The position numbers and the translations under genes are program-made. The notes under the pieces were generated by a model, which was not told where the DNA came from, searched no databases, and saw only the letters and a program-made list of their open reading frames with translations. Shown here piece after piece: positions 17,847-27,793 of a stretch of DNA of 64,000 nucleotides. The stretch is from assembly GCA_002363545.1 (NCBI GenBank), contig DEWF01000001.1:173460-237459 (forward strand). Direction: 5' to 3'. Each line of letters begins with the position of its first letter. Positions within the stretch are counted from its first letter, which is position 1. This DNA comes from Christensenella sp. UBA3217 (lineage in GTDB: Bacteria; Bacillota; Clostridia; Christensenellales; CAG-1252).

Positions 17847-20800
17847 ATGTTTAACAAAGTTGATACGGGATTGGATTTTTGCGGACGTGAAAAAGAAGTT
17901 CTTGATTTTTGGAAAAAGAACGATATTTTTCGTAAGAGCGTAAAGGCGAATGAAGGAAAAGAAGAATACACCTTTTACGATGGACCGCCCACGGCAAACG
18001 GTAAGCCGCATATCGGGCACATCTTGACCCGCGTTATTAAGGATATTATTCCCAGATACCGCACCATGAAGGGTTATCACGTGGAGCGTAAAGCCGGTTG
18101 GGATACGCACGGTCTTCCCGTTGAGCTTGAAGTGGAAAAGATGCTCGGCATGGATGGCAAACAAGATATCGAGCGTTATGGCATTGAACCCTTTGTGAAA
18201 AAGTGCAAAGAAAGCGTTTGGAAGTACAAGGGCGAATGGGAAGTGATGAGCGACCGCGTGGGTTATTGGGCGGATATGGATAATCCCTACATTACCTATG
18301 ACGATAATTATATCGAGTCGGTTTGGTGGGCGGTAAAGACCATTAACGATAAGGGCTTGCTTTACAAGGGTCATAAGATCGTTCCGTATTGCCCGCGTTG
18401 TGGCACGGCGCTTTCATCGCACGAAGTGGCGCAGGGCTATAAAGACGTGGAAGATATGACTGTCACGGCAAAATTTAAGGTGTTAGGTGAAGAAAATACC
18501 TATTTCCTCGCTTGGACGACCACGCCATGGACTCTTCCTTCCAACGTGGCGCTTTGTATGAATGCGGACGAAGATTACGCTCGCGTAAAAGTTGGTGATG
18601 AGATCTATATTCTTGCATCTGCTTTGGTTTCTTCCGTGATCGGTGATGGGGCGGAGATCTTGGATACCCATAAGGGTAGTTTTTACGAGCACAAGAAATA
18701 CGAACCGCTTTTTGACTACATTCGCGGTACCAAAGAGGCTGAAAAAGCCTATTACGTCACCAATGATCCGTACGTGACTCTTACCGAAGGAACGGGTATC
18801 GTACACATTGCTCCCGCATTTGGTGAAGACGATGCGAAAGTGGGTAGAAAATACGGTTTGCCATTCGTTCAACTCGTGGATGAGCGTGGTAGATTTGTGG
18901 AAGCGGTGACCGATCTTGTTGGCGTATTTGCCAAGGACGGTGATAAATCCATTATTGAAAAGCTTGCGGCAAAAGGGCTTCTGTTCAAAAAGCATTTGCA
19001 CACGCACAGTTATCCCTTCTGTTGGAGATGCGATACGCCCCTTCTTTACTATGCCCGCAGTTCTTATTTTATCAAGATGACTGCCGTGCGCGATAATCTT
19101 TTGAAAAACAACGAGCAGGTCAATTGGATCCCGCCTACCATCGGCTCGGGCCGTTTTGGTAATTTCCTTGAAAACGTGATCGATTGGGGCGTTTCCCGTG
19201 AAAGATATTGGGGTACGCCGCTCCCCGTGTGGGTTTGCGCGGATTGCGGAAAGACGCACGTTGTGGGCAGCAAGGCGGAACTCTTGCAACTTTCCGGCAA
19301 ATTGCCTTCCGAATTACACCGTCCTTATATTGATCGCATCACCTTCAAGTGTGAATGCGGCGGGGAGATGAAACGAACGCCCGAAGTGATGGACTGTTGG
19401 TTTGACAGCGGATCCATGCCTTTTGCACAGTTGCATTATCCTTTTGAGAACAAAGAAGCCTTTGAAAAGCATTTCCCTGCGGACTTTATCAGTGAAGCGG
19501 TGGATCAAACGCGCGGTTGGTTCTATACCCTGATGGCGATCTCCACCTTGCTGTTTGACAAGGCGCCTTTCAAGAATTGTATTGTGCTTGGCCACGTTGG
19601 TGATAAGGACGGCATAAAGATGAGTAAGCACAAGGGCAACGTTGTGGACCCTTGGAGCGTGCTTGATAAACAGGGCGCAGACGCCGTTCGTTGGTATTTC
19701 TATACCGGCAGCGCGCCGTGGTTGCCTTCCAGGTTTTATGCCGAAGCGGTATCCGAAGCACAAAGAAAGTTTATGGGCACTTTCTGGAATACCTATGCTT
19801 TCTTTACCTTATATGCGGGTATAGACGATTATCAGCCGCAAAATTATCGTTTGGAAGACTGCAAACTCACCTTGATGGATAAATGGGTCCTTTCTCGTTT
19901 GAATTCCCTTGTGAAGAGCGTGGATGAGAACTTGGCGGATTATAAGATCACCGAAAGCGCCCGCATGATCGCAGACTTTACCGATGAGCTTTCCAACTGG
20001 TACGTTCGCCGTGGCCGTGAAAGATATTGGGGCAGCGAAATGACCGAAGACAAAGCGGCAGCTTACGCTACCCTTTATCACGTGCTTGTCACTATGTCCC
20101 GTCTTACTGCGCCTTTCGTACCGTTTATGGCGGAGAGCGTGTACCAAAACCTCGTTGTCAATAACGATAAGAATGCTCCCATCAGCGTGCATTTGACCAC
20201 TTTCCCGGTTGCGGATGAAAAATACATCGATAAGGAACTTGAAAAAGAAATGTCCTTGATCGAAAACGTGGTGTTCCTCGGCAGGGCGTGCCGCAGTAAG
20301 TCCAATATTAAAAACAGACAACCCCTTGCAAATATGTACGTGAAGACGGACGTGGAAGTAAAGTTGGACGGTATGTTGGAGATCGCTGCGGAAGAACTGA
20401 ACGTAAAGAAAATCACCAAGGCGAGCGAAGAGCAGTCCTTTATTACTTATGAACTCAAACCGCAACTGAAAACGTTGGGCCCGAAGTATGGGGCTTTGCT
20501 CGGCCAGATCAGAAACTTCCTCACCACGGCTAACGCGGCTGAGATCGTAGCGGCCGTGAAAAACGGCGGTACTTACAAAACGACGCTTGGCGGTAAGGAG
20601 GTGGAATTTGCCGAGAGTGACCTTTTGATCTCCACCAAGAGCGGGGAGGGCTTCAGCGCCGAATCGGATGGCAAGATCACCGTTGCATTGGATACCACTC
20701 TTACGCCTGCCCTTATTGAAGAAGGGTATGCCCGTGAGATCGTTTCCAAGGTGCAAACCATGCGCAAAGAAGCGGGCTTTGAAGTGACTGATCATATCAA

Positions 20801-20963
20801 ACTCGGTTTGTTGGGTGAGGACGCTTTCCGTAAGATCGTTTCGGATTACGGTGTGCTGTCCGACGTGCTTGCGGACCAAGTGGATTATACCACCACGCAA
20901 GGCTATACCAAAGAATTTGACCTTGGCGGAAAGACCGTCACCTTATCCGTATGCCGCATTTAG
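17847..20963 (+). CDS. ileS: isoleucine--tRNA ligase, type 2
   Basis: DGPPTANGKPHIGH, WTTTPWTLPSN, KMSKH; 1038 aa with IleRS2-type C-terminus. Confidence 0.96.
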   Translation: MFNKVDTGLDFCGREKEVLDFWKKNDIFRKSVKANEGKEEYTFYDGPPTANGKPHIGHILTRVIKDIIPRYRTMKGYHVERKAGWDTHGLPVELEVEKMLGMDGKQDIERYGIEPFVKKCKESVWKYKGEWEVMSDRVGYWADMDNPYITYDDNYIESVWWAVKTINDKGLLYKGHKIVPYCPRCGTALSSHEVAQGYKDVEDMTVTAKFKVLGEENTYFLAWTTTPWTLPSNVALCMNADEDYARVKVGDEIYILASALVSSVIGDGAEILDTHKGSFYEHKKYEPLFDYIRGTKEAEKAYYVTNDPYVTLTEGTGIVHIAPAFGEDDAKVGRKYGLPFVQLVDERGRFVEAVTDLVGVFAKDGDKSIIEKLAAKGLLFKKHLHTHSYPFCWRCDTPLLYYARSSYFIKMTAVRDNLLKNNEQVNWIPPTIGSGRFGNFLENVIDWGVSRERYWGTPLPVWVCADCGKTHVVGSKAELLQLSGKLPSELHRPYIDRITFKCECGGEMKRTPEVMDCWFDSGSMPFAQLHYPFENKEAFEKHFPADFISEAVDQTRGWFYTLMAISTLLFDKAPFKNCIVLGHVGDKDGIKMSKHKGNVVDPWSVLDKQGADAVRWYFYTGSAPWLPSRFYAEAVSEAQRKFMGTFWNTYAFFTLYAGIDDYQPQNYRLEDCKLTLMDKWVLSRLNSLVKSVDENLADYKITESARMIADFTDELSNWYVRRGRERYWGSEMTEDKAAAYATLYHVLVTMSRLTAPFVPFMAESVYQNLVVNNDKNAPISVHLTTFPVADEKYIDKELEKEMSLIENVVFLGRACRSKSNIKNRQPLANMYVKTDVEVKLDGMLEIAAEELNVKKITKASEEQSFITYELKPQLKTLGPKYGALLGQIRNFLTTANAAEIVAAVKNGGTYKTTLGGKEVEFAESDLLISTKSGEGFSAESDGKITVALDTTLTPALIEEGYAREIVSKVQTMRKEAGFEVTDHIKLGLLGEDAFRKIVSDYGVLSDVLADQVDYTTTQGYTKEFDLGGKTVTLSVCRI

Positions 20964-21829
20964 CAGAAGGGTGGAAAGATTACGAGATCATCGCCACGGG
21001 TGATGGTTATAAACTGGAACGCTGGGGTGAAGTGCACCTTTTGCGCCCTGATCCACAGGCAATTTGGGAAGCGCCATTTGACCTTTTTTCTTTTCCTAAA
21101 CTGAACGCTTATTATCGTGCTGAAGCAGGGAAAAAAGAGGAAAAGTGGGTGATCTTAAAGCCTTTTAGAGAGGAGTTTACCGTTTCCCGAAAAGGACTTA
21201 CCTTTCACTTGAAACTCTCCAAGAACTTTAAGCATACGGGATTGTTCCCCGAGCAGGCGGCAAATTGGGACGACATGATAAGCCTGATCCGCGATGCTAA
21301 GCGAGAGATCAAAGTGCTGAATTTGTTTGCCTACACAGGCGGAGCAACCATTGCCGCCGCTTCCGCCGGTGCTGCCGTCACGCACGTGGACGCCGCACCC
21401 GCTATGGTGGATAGAGCCAAGCAAAATGCCGCCTCTTCGGGTTTGAAAGATAAGCACATTCGCTATATCGTGGATGATTGTTTGAAATTCGTAAATCGCG
21501 AGATCCGCCGCGGAAACAAATACGACGCAGTCATTATGGATCCGCCTTCCTTTGGAAGAGGCCCGGATGGAGAAGTGTGGAAGTTGGAAGAGAGCTTATA
21601 TCCCTTGCTTAAACGCACGCGTGAAGTGCTTTCGGATAAACCGCTCTTTTTCCTAATAAATTCCTATACAACGGGCTTGCAGCCTACCGTGATAGCCGAT
21701 CTTTTGAAGCTTGCTTTAAAAGGAAAGGGAAAAATAAGCGTTGACGCGTACGAACTCGCCATTCCCACAGACGAAGGGCTGGAACTGCCGTGCGGTTGTA
21801 GCGGTGTGGCAAGATTTATTTCGGAATAA
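20951..21829 (+). CDS. class I SAM-dependent methyltransferase (RlmI/RlmK-like)
   Basis: KHTGLFPEQ, LNLFAYTGG, MDPPSFGRG. Confidence 0.85.
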   Translation: MPHLAEGWKDYEIIATGDGYKLERWGEVHLLRPDPQAIWEAPFDLFSFPKLNAYYRAEAGKKEEKWVILKPFREEFTVSRKGLTFHLKLSKNFKHTGLFPEQAANWDDMISLIRDAKREIKVLNLFAYTGGATIAAASAGAAVTHVDAAPAMVDRAKQNAASSGLKDKHIRYIVDDCLKFVNREIRRGNKYDAVIMDPPSFGRGPDGEVWKLEESLYPLLKRTREVLSDKPLFFLINSYTTGLQPTVIADLLKLALKGKGKISVDAYELAIPTDEGLELPCGCSGVARFISE

Positions 21830-21843
21830 ACAAAAGGTGAACT

Positions 21844-22563
21844 ATGAGCATTACTTACAAAGATATTCCCATAATTTATGAAGATAACCACATTTTGGTT
21901 GTGGTAAAGCCTTTCAACGTGCCATCGCAAGAGGATTCCACCAAAGATCCCGATATGTTGACCCTTTTGAAGGAATACATTCGCGAAAAGTATGATAAAA
22001 AGGGCAACGTTTTCCTCGGGTTGGTGCATAGACTGGACCGTCCGACGGGCGGTGTGATGATTTTTGCCAAAACCACCAAAGCGGCGCAACGTTTGTTTGA
22101 AAGCATTACGGAAGGTGATTTTGAGAAAAAGTATTTTGCCGTTCTTTCGGATACCCCTGCGGAAAAACATGGCAGATTGCATAACTACCTTTATAAAGAT
22201 GAAACGAAAAATATCGTCACCGTTGTGCCCATGGGTGTAAAGGGGGCAAAGGAAGCTGCACTGGATTATAAGGTTTTGGAGAAAAAGGACAAGATCTGCT
22301 TAACGGAGATCCAACTTTATACCGGTCGCTCTCATCAAATTCGCGTGCAAACGGCGCATATCGGTTGCCCTGTGGTGGGGGACGTGAAGTATGCGGGTAA
22401 AAAGTACGTGAAATCCGCTAATCTCGCGCTTTGGAGTACAGAGATCAAGGTGACACATCCCACCAAGAAAGAGGTGATGGTGTTCCGCGCTTTTCCGGAT
22501 GACAGCGTGTTTCCTTGGAGTGAATTCGATATTGAAAGGCATTTGAGCGTGAAAATCAACTGA
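21844..22563 (+). CDS. RluA-family pseudouridine synthase
   Basis: IIYEDNH..VVKP, HRLDRPTGG, TGRSHQIR, GDVKY. Confidence 0.93.
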   Translation: MSITYKDIPIIYEDNHILVVVKPFNVPSQEDSTKDPDMLTLLKEYIREKYDKKGNVFLGLVHRLDRPTGGVMIFAKTTKAAQRLFESITEGDFEKKYFAVLSDTPAEKHGRLHNYLYKDETKNIVTVVPMGVKGAKEAALDYKVLEKKDKICLTEIQLYTGRSHQIRVQTAHIGCPVVGDVKYAGKKYVKSANLALWSTEIKVTHPTKKEVMVFRAFPDDSVFPWSEFDIERHLSVKIN

Positions 22564-22570
22564 GAAAAGC

Positions 22571-22596
22571 AGTTGCCTTAAGGCAACTCTTTTTTT
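22571..22596 (+). terminator. intrinsic terminator
   Basis: AGTTGCC-TTAA-GGCAACT followed by T-tract. Confidence 0.8.
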
Positions 22597-22684
22597 ATAG
22601 AGTTTTTTTAAGTTTGATAACGATAGCGTTAAAAAAACTTAATAACTCTTGAAATGACGTTTTGGGTGTGCTATATAATAAGTA

Positions 22685-22862
22685 TCGACCTGCGTTGTGC
22701 GAGTAACGGATATGTCACAACCTCAATTATTAATAGGGGAGGCGAAACGCGGCGTCGGATGTCAGGCCGCACTTTATCAGCGGAAGGCAGAAGCGTCGGA
22801 TAGCCTATACCCAACCTGCTATCGGCGGGTTTAGTACAGCCGTGAGACGGCAATGCGGGCTA
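22685..22862 (+). ncRNA. ssrS: 6S RNA
   Basis: ~180-nt intergenic RNA with closing stem CCTGCGTTG..CGGCAATGCGGG, A/T-rich central bubble and ACCC.ACCTG...GCGGGTT motif resembling Firmicute 6S RNAs; own TTGAAA..TATAAT promoter and terminator. Confidence 0.78.
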
Positions 22863-22877
22863 AGCGATCATCGCTCT

Positions 22878-22913
22878 GAGAGACCCTTTAGGGTCTCTCT
22901 TCCTTTATTTTTT
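22878..22913 (+). terminator. terminator of the 6S RNA
   Basis: GAGAGACCC-TTTA-GGGTCTCTC then T-rich tail. Confidence 0.8.
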
Positions 22914-23019
22914 AACCGTTGTATAAAATATTTTACCCATTTTCATAAAAACGTTATACATTGGTCGCGCGCGTGTGATATACTGACAGTGCAAAATCTT
23001 TTTTTGGAGGAATCTTTTA

Positions 23020-23712
23020 ATGCAATATTCACGCGAAGTTGATGAAATGGTTTGCGTCAAAAAAGGTCCGAACCATGGTCCTGCTCCGATCCCCGAAGAG
23101 GGAAAATGGGTGCAAGCCAAGGAAGTTAAGGACATTAACGGTCTTACGCACGGCGTAGGTTGGTGTGCCCCTCAGCAGGGCGCTTGCAAGCTCACGCTTA
23201 ACGTTAAGGACGGTATTATCCGCGAAGCGCTTGTGGAGACCCTCGGTTGCTCCGGTATGACCCACTCGGCAGCTATGGCTGCGGAGATCCTTCCCGGCAA
23301 GACCATTTTGGAAGCCTTGAATACCGACCTTGTTTGTGACGCGATCAATACCGCAATGCGCGAGCTTTTCTTGCAGATCGTTTACGGCAGAACGCAGTCC
23401 GCTTTCTCCGAGAACGGCCTTGTGATCGGCGCCGGTTTGGAAGACCTTGGTAAGGGACTCCGTTCTCAGATCGGTACCATGTATTCCACCGAAGCCAAGG
23501 GTGTAAGATACCTTGAAATGGCGGAAGGCTACGTGACCAGACTTGCTCTTGATAAGGAAAACGAGGTCATCGGTTATGAGTTTGTGAAACTCGGCGTTAT
23601 GATGGATCTCATTGCAAAGGGCACCTCTGCGGACGAGGCTTTGAAGAAGTGCACCGGCACTTACGGCAGATTCAGTGAGGGCGTGACCTTCATCAATCCG
23701 CGCAAGCAATAA
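23020..23712 (+). CDS. NifU/IscU-like protein associated with GGGtGRT
   Basis: HGVGWCAPQQGAC, GCSGMTHS, LVCDAIN cysteine pattern; directly upstream of GGGtGRT gene. Confidence 0.8.
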   Translation: MQYSREVDEMVCVKKGPNHGPAPIPEEGKWVQAKEVKDINGLTHGVGWCAPQQGACKLTLNVKDGIIREALVETLGCSGMTHSAAMAAEILPGKTILEALNTDLVCDAINTAMRELFLQIVYGRTQSAFSENGLVIGAGLEDLGKGLRSQIGTMYSTEAKGVRYLEMAEGYVTRLALDKENEVIGYEFVKLGVMMDLIAKGTSADEALKKCTGTYGRFSEGVTFINPRKQ

Positions 23713-23725
23713 GGAGGGAATTACT

Positions 23726-24727
23726 ATGGCTATCACTTTTGAAGGGTATGAAAGAAGAATAGATAAGATCAATGCCACCCTTGCCAAGTATGGCATCGCT
23801 TCCCTCGAAGAAGCGCGTGACATCTGCTTGAAGGCAGGTATCAACGTGGAAGAGATCGTGAAGGGCGTGCAACCCATCGCTTTTGAAAATGCGGTTTGGG
23901 CTTATACCACCGGCGCGGCTATCGCTCTGAAAAAGGGCACCAAGAAAGCGGCGGATGCGGCGGAAGATATCGGTATCGGCTTGCAGTCTTTCTGCATTCC
24001 CGGTTCCGTTGCGGATCAACGTCAGGTCGGTTTGGGCCATGGCAATCTTGCGGCAATGCTTCTCCGTGAAGAAACCGCTTGCTTTGCTTTCTTGGCAGGT
24101 CACGAATCCTTTGCTGCGGCAGAGGGCGCTATCGGTATTGCTAAAACTGCGAACAAAGTTCGCAAGAACCCTCTCCGCGTTATTTTGAACGGTCTTGGTA
24201 AGGATGCGGCTTTCATCATCAGCCGTATCAACGGGTTCACCTACGTGCAAACCAAGTATGATTATTACACCGGTGATTTGAAGATCGTGAAAGAAACCGC
24301 TTACAGCAACGGTGAAAGGGCAAAAGTTCGTTGCTACGGTGCGGATGACGTGAGCGAAGGCGTGGCTATCATGCGTCACGAGGGCGTGGACGTTTCCATC
24401 ACCGGAAACAGCACCAACCCCACCCGTTTCCAACACCCTGTGGCAGGCACTTACAAGAAATGGTGCGTGGATAACGGCAAGAAGTATTTCTCCGTGGCTT
24501 CCGGCGGTGGCACGGGCAGAACGCTTCACCCGGATAACATGGCAGCAGGTCCCGCCAGTTACGGCATGACCGATACGATGGGAAGAATGCACAGCGACGC
24601 TCAATTCGCAGGGTCCTCCTCCGTTCCCGCTCACGTGGAAATGATGGGCCTCATCGGCATGGGCAATAACCCGATGGTCGGTGCGTCTGTCGCTCTCGCA
24701 GTGGCTGTGGAAGAAGCGCAAAAGTAA
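23726..24727 (+). CDS. GGGtGRT family protein (function unknown)
   Basis: Signature SGGGTGRTLHPDN; AGHESFAAAEGA. Confidence 0.9.
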   Translation: MAITFEGYERRIDKINATLAKYGIASLEEARDICLKAGINVEEIVKGVQPIAFENAVWAYTTGAAIALKKGTKKAADAAEDIGIGLQSFCIPGSVADQRQVGLGHGNLAAMLLREETACFAFLAGHESFAAAEGAIGIAKTANKVRKNPLRVILNGLGKDAAFIISRINGFTYVQTKYDYYTGDLKIVKETAYSNGERAKVRCYGADDVSEGVAIMRHEGVDVSITGNSTNPTRFQHPVAGTYKKWCVDNGKKYFSVASGGGTGRTLHPDNMAAGPASYGMTDTMGRMHSDAQFAGSSSVPAHVEMMGLIGMGNNPMVGASVALAVAVEEAQK

Positions 24728-24740
24728 TTGATTATTTAAT

Positions 24741-24770
24741 AAAAAGCACCGTTTCGGCGGTGCTTTTTTT
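24741..24770 (+). terminator. intrinsic terminator
   Basis: AAAAAGCACCG-TTTCGG-CGGTGCTTTTT. Confidence 0.85.
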
Positions 24771-24824
24771 ACGGCATAAGCGAGTGTTGTTGACGAGAAC
24801 ATCGTAAAATGGTATGATTATCTT

Positions 24825-25688
24825 ATGGATAATAACGCAGTCACTTATGAACAAGCAGTAGACCTTTGCAATAGGGCAGGCATGCGCTATTTGGCTTATG
24901 CCAAAAAGCGTGAGCGCGGCGCGGATGTGGATGAAACCGAGGTAAAGCACGACCTTTTTCTTCTCTATTTGGAGGCAGCAAAAAGCGGGCTTCCGCGCGC
25001 GCATTATAATCTTGCCGTTTGTTACCACTTTGGTATTGGCGTTGGGGTGGACCATGAGCAGGCCATCCGTAATTATGAAAAAGCGATAGAGGGCGGCAGC
25101 ACGGAAGCCATGATCTACCTTTCCAAAATGTACGCACTCGGAGAAGGGGTGGAGATCGATAGGGCGAAATCCGACGAGATGCTTCGTCAAGCGGCGGAGA
25201 AAGGAAACCCCATTGCTTGCTTTATTTTGGGTGGGCATGCGGCAAATGATAAAAACAGTGCGCTTGCGCTCTCATACTTCAAAAAAGCGGCCGAGAACCA
25301 TGCTAAATATAGTTATTGCACTTCCGTGGCGGACGCACAAAGCGGCAAAGATTATGAATCCGCAAGGGACGGTGTAGGGAAAAGTCTTGCAAAATGCCTT
25401 TTCTTCGCAGCTTATCTCACGATCCTTGTGCTTCGTGTAAAAGAGGACTTTGAAAAAGCGGTGGAATGGTTAAAGATCGCTTTTTATGAATGCGAGATGC
25501 CCGAAGCGGTGATCGTGCTTGCGCATGCTTATACCTATGGTGAAGGTGTGCCGCAGGACTTTGAAGAAGCGGAAAAATACGTGAAGGTGGCGGAAGACCA
25601 TCAGCTCCATGGAGCATCTGATGCACGTGACGATTTGGAAGAAGTTCGTGCCCGCGCCGATGCACTCAAAAAAAAGCAAGAAAAGTGA
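24825..25688 (+). CDS. Sel1-like repeat (TPR) protein
   Basis: Repeats A.YNLA.CY..G.GV..D...A...Y.KA...G and LA..Y..GEGV..D. Confidence 0.85.
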   Translation: MDNNAVTYEQAVDLCNRAGMRYLAYAKKRERGADVDETEVKHDLFLLYLEAAKSGLPRAHYNLAVCYHFGIGVGVDHEQAIRNYEKAIEGGSTEAMIYLSKMYALGEGVEIDRAKSDEMLRQAAEKGNPIACFILGGHAANDKNSALALSYFKKAAENHAKYSYCTSVADAQSGKDYESARDGVGKSLAKCLFFAAYLTILVLRVKEDFEKAVEWLKIAFYECEMPEAVIVLAHAYTYGEGVPQDFEEAEKYVKVAEDHQLHGASDARDDLEEVRARADALKKKQEK

Positions 25689-25747
25689 AGATAATTGCGA
25701 AAATCAGTTGCAAAATCCCTTTTCATTTGATATAGTATTAGCGTTAA

Positions 25748-25823
25748 GCCTCGTTAGTCTAGTGGTCTAGGACGCTGGCCTCTCACGCCGGTATCAAGGG
25801 TTCGAACCCCTTACGGGGTACCA
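25748..25823 (+). tRNA. tRNA-Glu (anticodon CTC)
   Basis: Cloverleaf: acceptor GCCTCGT/ACGGGGT, anticodon arm CTGGC-CTCTCAC-GCCGG, GTTCGAA T-loop, encoded CCA. Confidence 0.96.
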
Positions 25824-25825
25824 GA

Positions 25826-25859
25826 AAAAGCAGCAACCCAATTGAGTTGCTGCTTTTTT
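25826..25859 (+). terminator. terminator after tRNA-Glu
   Basis: AAAAGCAGCAAC..GTTGCTGCTTTTTT. Confidence 0.85.
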
Positions 25860-25954
25860 CACCTTTATCAAGCGATTATTTTATCCACACACTTGCCAAT
25901 CTTTTATTCAAATGATATCATATAATAAGTATTTCATTTTTAGGAGCGCTTACT

Positions 25955-27163
25955 ATGAACGTAATGGACACCCTGCGTGAGAGAGGATTTATCAAACAGA
26001 CCGTTTTTGAAGAGGATCTTTATAAGCTTCTCGGCTCTCAGAAGGTCAGTTTTTATATCGGATTTGATCCCACGGCGGATAGTTTACACGTTGGTCATTA
26101 TCTTGCCATGATGGCAATGAGCCATATGCAAAAAGCGGGGCATCGCCCCATCGTTTTGATCGGTGGCGGTACCGGTATGATCGGTGATCCTTCGGGGCGT
26201 ACCGATATGCGCAATATGCTCACTGCCGAAACCGTGCAACATAACTGTGAGTGCTTTAAAAAGCAAATGAGCCGTTTCTTCTCCTTTGAAGGGGAAAACG
26301 CCGCCATTATGGTGAACAACGGTGATTGGCTTTTGAACTTAAATTACGTGGACTTTTTGCGTGATATCGGTTCGCTTTTCAGCGTGAACAGAATGCTTAC
26401 CGCCGAGTGCTATAAGAACAGAATGGAAAAAGGGTTGACTTTTTTGGAATTCAACTATATGCTGATGCAAAGCTACGACTTCCTCGTACTTTATAAAAAG
26501 TACGGTTGCGTGTTGGAGTGCGGCGGTGACGACCAGTGGAGCAATATGCTTGCAGGTGCGGACCTGATTCGCCGCAAACTCGGCAAGGACGCGTTTGCCA
26601 TGACTTTCCCGCTTCTTACCAACAGCGAAGGAAAGAAAATGGGTAAGACTGCCTCGGGTGCGGTTTGGCTTTCTGCGGACAAGACTTCTCCTTATGACTT
26701 TTATCAATACTGGCGCAACGTGGAGGACAGCGAAGTCAGAAAGTGCATGAAACTGTTGACCTTTATGCCTCTTGACGAGATCGAAGAGATGACCGCCCAT
26801 CAGGATGAGCGCATCAATGCCGCCAAAGAGCGTCTTGCGTACGAGATCACCAAGATCGTGCACGGGGAAGAGGTTGCGGATGACGTTGTTCGCAAGGTGA
26901 AAGCGGCTTTCTCCGGTGACAGCGAGAACATGCCTACCAAGGAGCTTGCTCCCACCTTTACCAAGGTGGTTGATATTTTGGCGGAAGTTGGTTTCGCGCC
27001 CAGCAAGAGTGAGGCTCGTCGCTTGATACAAGGCGGTGCGGTGTCGGTGGATGGTGTGAAGATCACCGATCTTGCCGCGGAAGTTTCCGATAGTCAGGTG
27101 GCAAACGGATTTATCCTTTATAAGGGTAAGAAAAACCGTTTGAAGGTCACCTATTCAAAGTAA
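25955..27163 (+). CDS. tyrS: tyrosine--tRNA ligase
   Basis: [33 protein letters not shown]-terminal S4 domain. Confidence 0.96.
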   Translation: MNVMDTLRERGFIKQTVFEEDLYKLLGSQKVSFYIGFDPTADSLHVGHYLAMMAMSHMQKAGHRPIVLIGGGTGMIGDPSGRTDMRNMLTAETVQHNCECFKKQMSRFFSFEGENAAIMVNNGDWLLNLNYVDFLRDIGSLFSVNRMLTAECYKNRMEKGLTFLEFNYMLMQSYDFLVLYKKYGCVLECGGDDQWSNMLAGADLIRRKLGKDAFAMTFPLLTNSEGKKMGKTASGAVWLSADKTSPYDFYQYWRNVEDSEVRKCMKLLTFMPLDEIEEMTAHQDERINAAKERLAYEITKIVHGEEVADDVVRKVKAAFSGDSENMPTKELAPTFTKVVDILAEVGFAPSKSEARRLIQGGAVSVDGVKITDLAAEVSDSQVANGFILYKGKKNRLKVTYSK

Positions 27164-27792
27164 TGTATTTCACGGTCGGATGCGACAGTTCGGCGGAACT
27201 TTCCGTTAAACACAGCAAGTTTCTCGCGTTTTGTGCACGCGTTTCTGACGAAGAACAAGCGGAAAATTTTATCAAAGGGGTAAAAAAGCGTTATTCGGAC
27301 GCTACGCACGCCCCCTATGCTTATTTGTTGGGGGAACGATGCGATAAATCCCGAGCAAGTGATGACGGGGAGCCTTCAGGCACTTCGGGCGTTCCTATTT
27401 TGGAAGCTATTAAGAACGCGGGACTTACCTTTACCGCCGTTGTTGTAGTGCGTTATTTCGGCGGCATAAAACTTGGCACGGGCGGCTTGGCTCGCGCTTA
27501 CGGGGATGCTGCGGCGCAAGCCATTACCGCGGCAGGAAAGGCGGTTTTTGACCTTTGTACTACCTATACGCTCTCTTGTGATTATGGAGATATTTCCTCT
27601 CTTCATAATAAAATCTTTTCCTTTGGCGGCATAATAAAACAGTCGGATTATGCAAACGGAGCAACCATTCTTGCGGCTATCCCTTCGGATAAATGCAAGA
27701 CCTTTTTATCTTCTCTTTCGGATGCAAGCTCGGGACGTATTCGCGCGGTTGCGGGGGAAGAAATTTTTTGTGAGATCAAAAGCGAGGTTTGA
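27163..27792 (+). CDS. YigZ/IMPACT family protein
   Basis: SKF, DATH, SDDGEPSGTSG, VVRYFGGIKLGTGGL.RAY. Confidence 0.92.
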   Translation: MYFTVGCDSSAELSVKHSKFLAFCARVSDEEQAENFIKGVKKRYSDATHAPYAYLLGERCDKSRASDDGEPSGTSGVPILEAIKNAGLTFTAVVVVRYFGGIKLGTGGLARAYGDAAAQAITAAGKAVFDLCTTYTLSCDYGDISSLHNKIFSFGGIIKQSDYANGATILAAIPSDKCKTFLSSLSDASSGRIRAVAGEEIFCEIKSEV

Positions 27793-27793
27793 T

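Noticed and set aside
16872-18374. 500-aa minus-strand ORF across ileS, the NYN gene and SRP RNA
   Set aside because: Overlaps three well-supported plus-strand features; shadow frame
23029-24802. Long antisense ORFs over the NifU-like/GGGtGRT pair
   Set aside because: Shadow ORFs from biased codon usage
25748-25900. tRNA-Glu as an integration site or second repeat array
   Set aside because: No duplicated 3' end or integrase; followed directly by a terminator and the tyrS promoter
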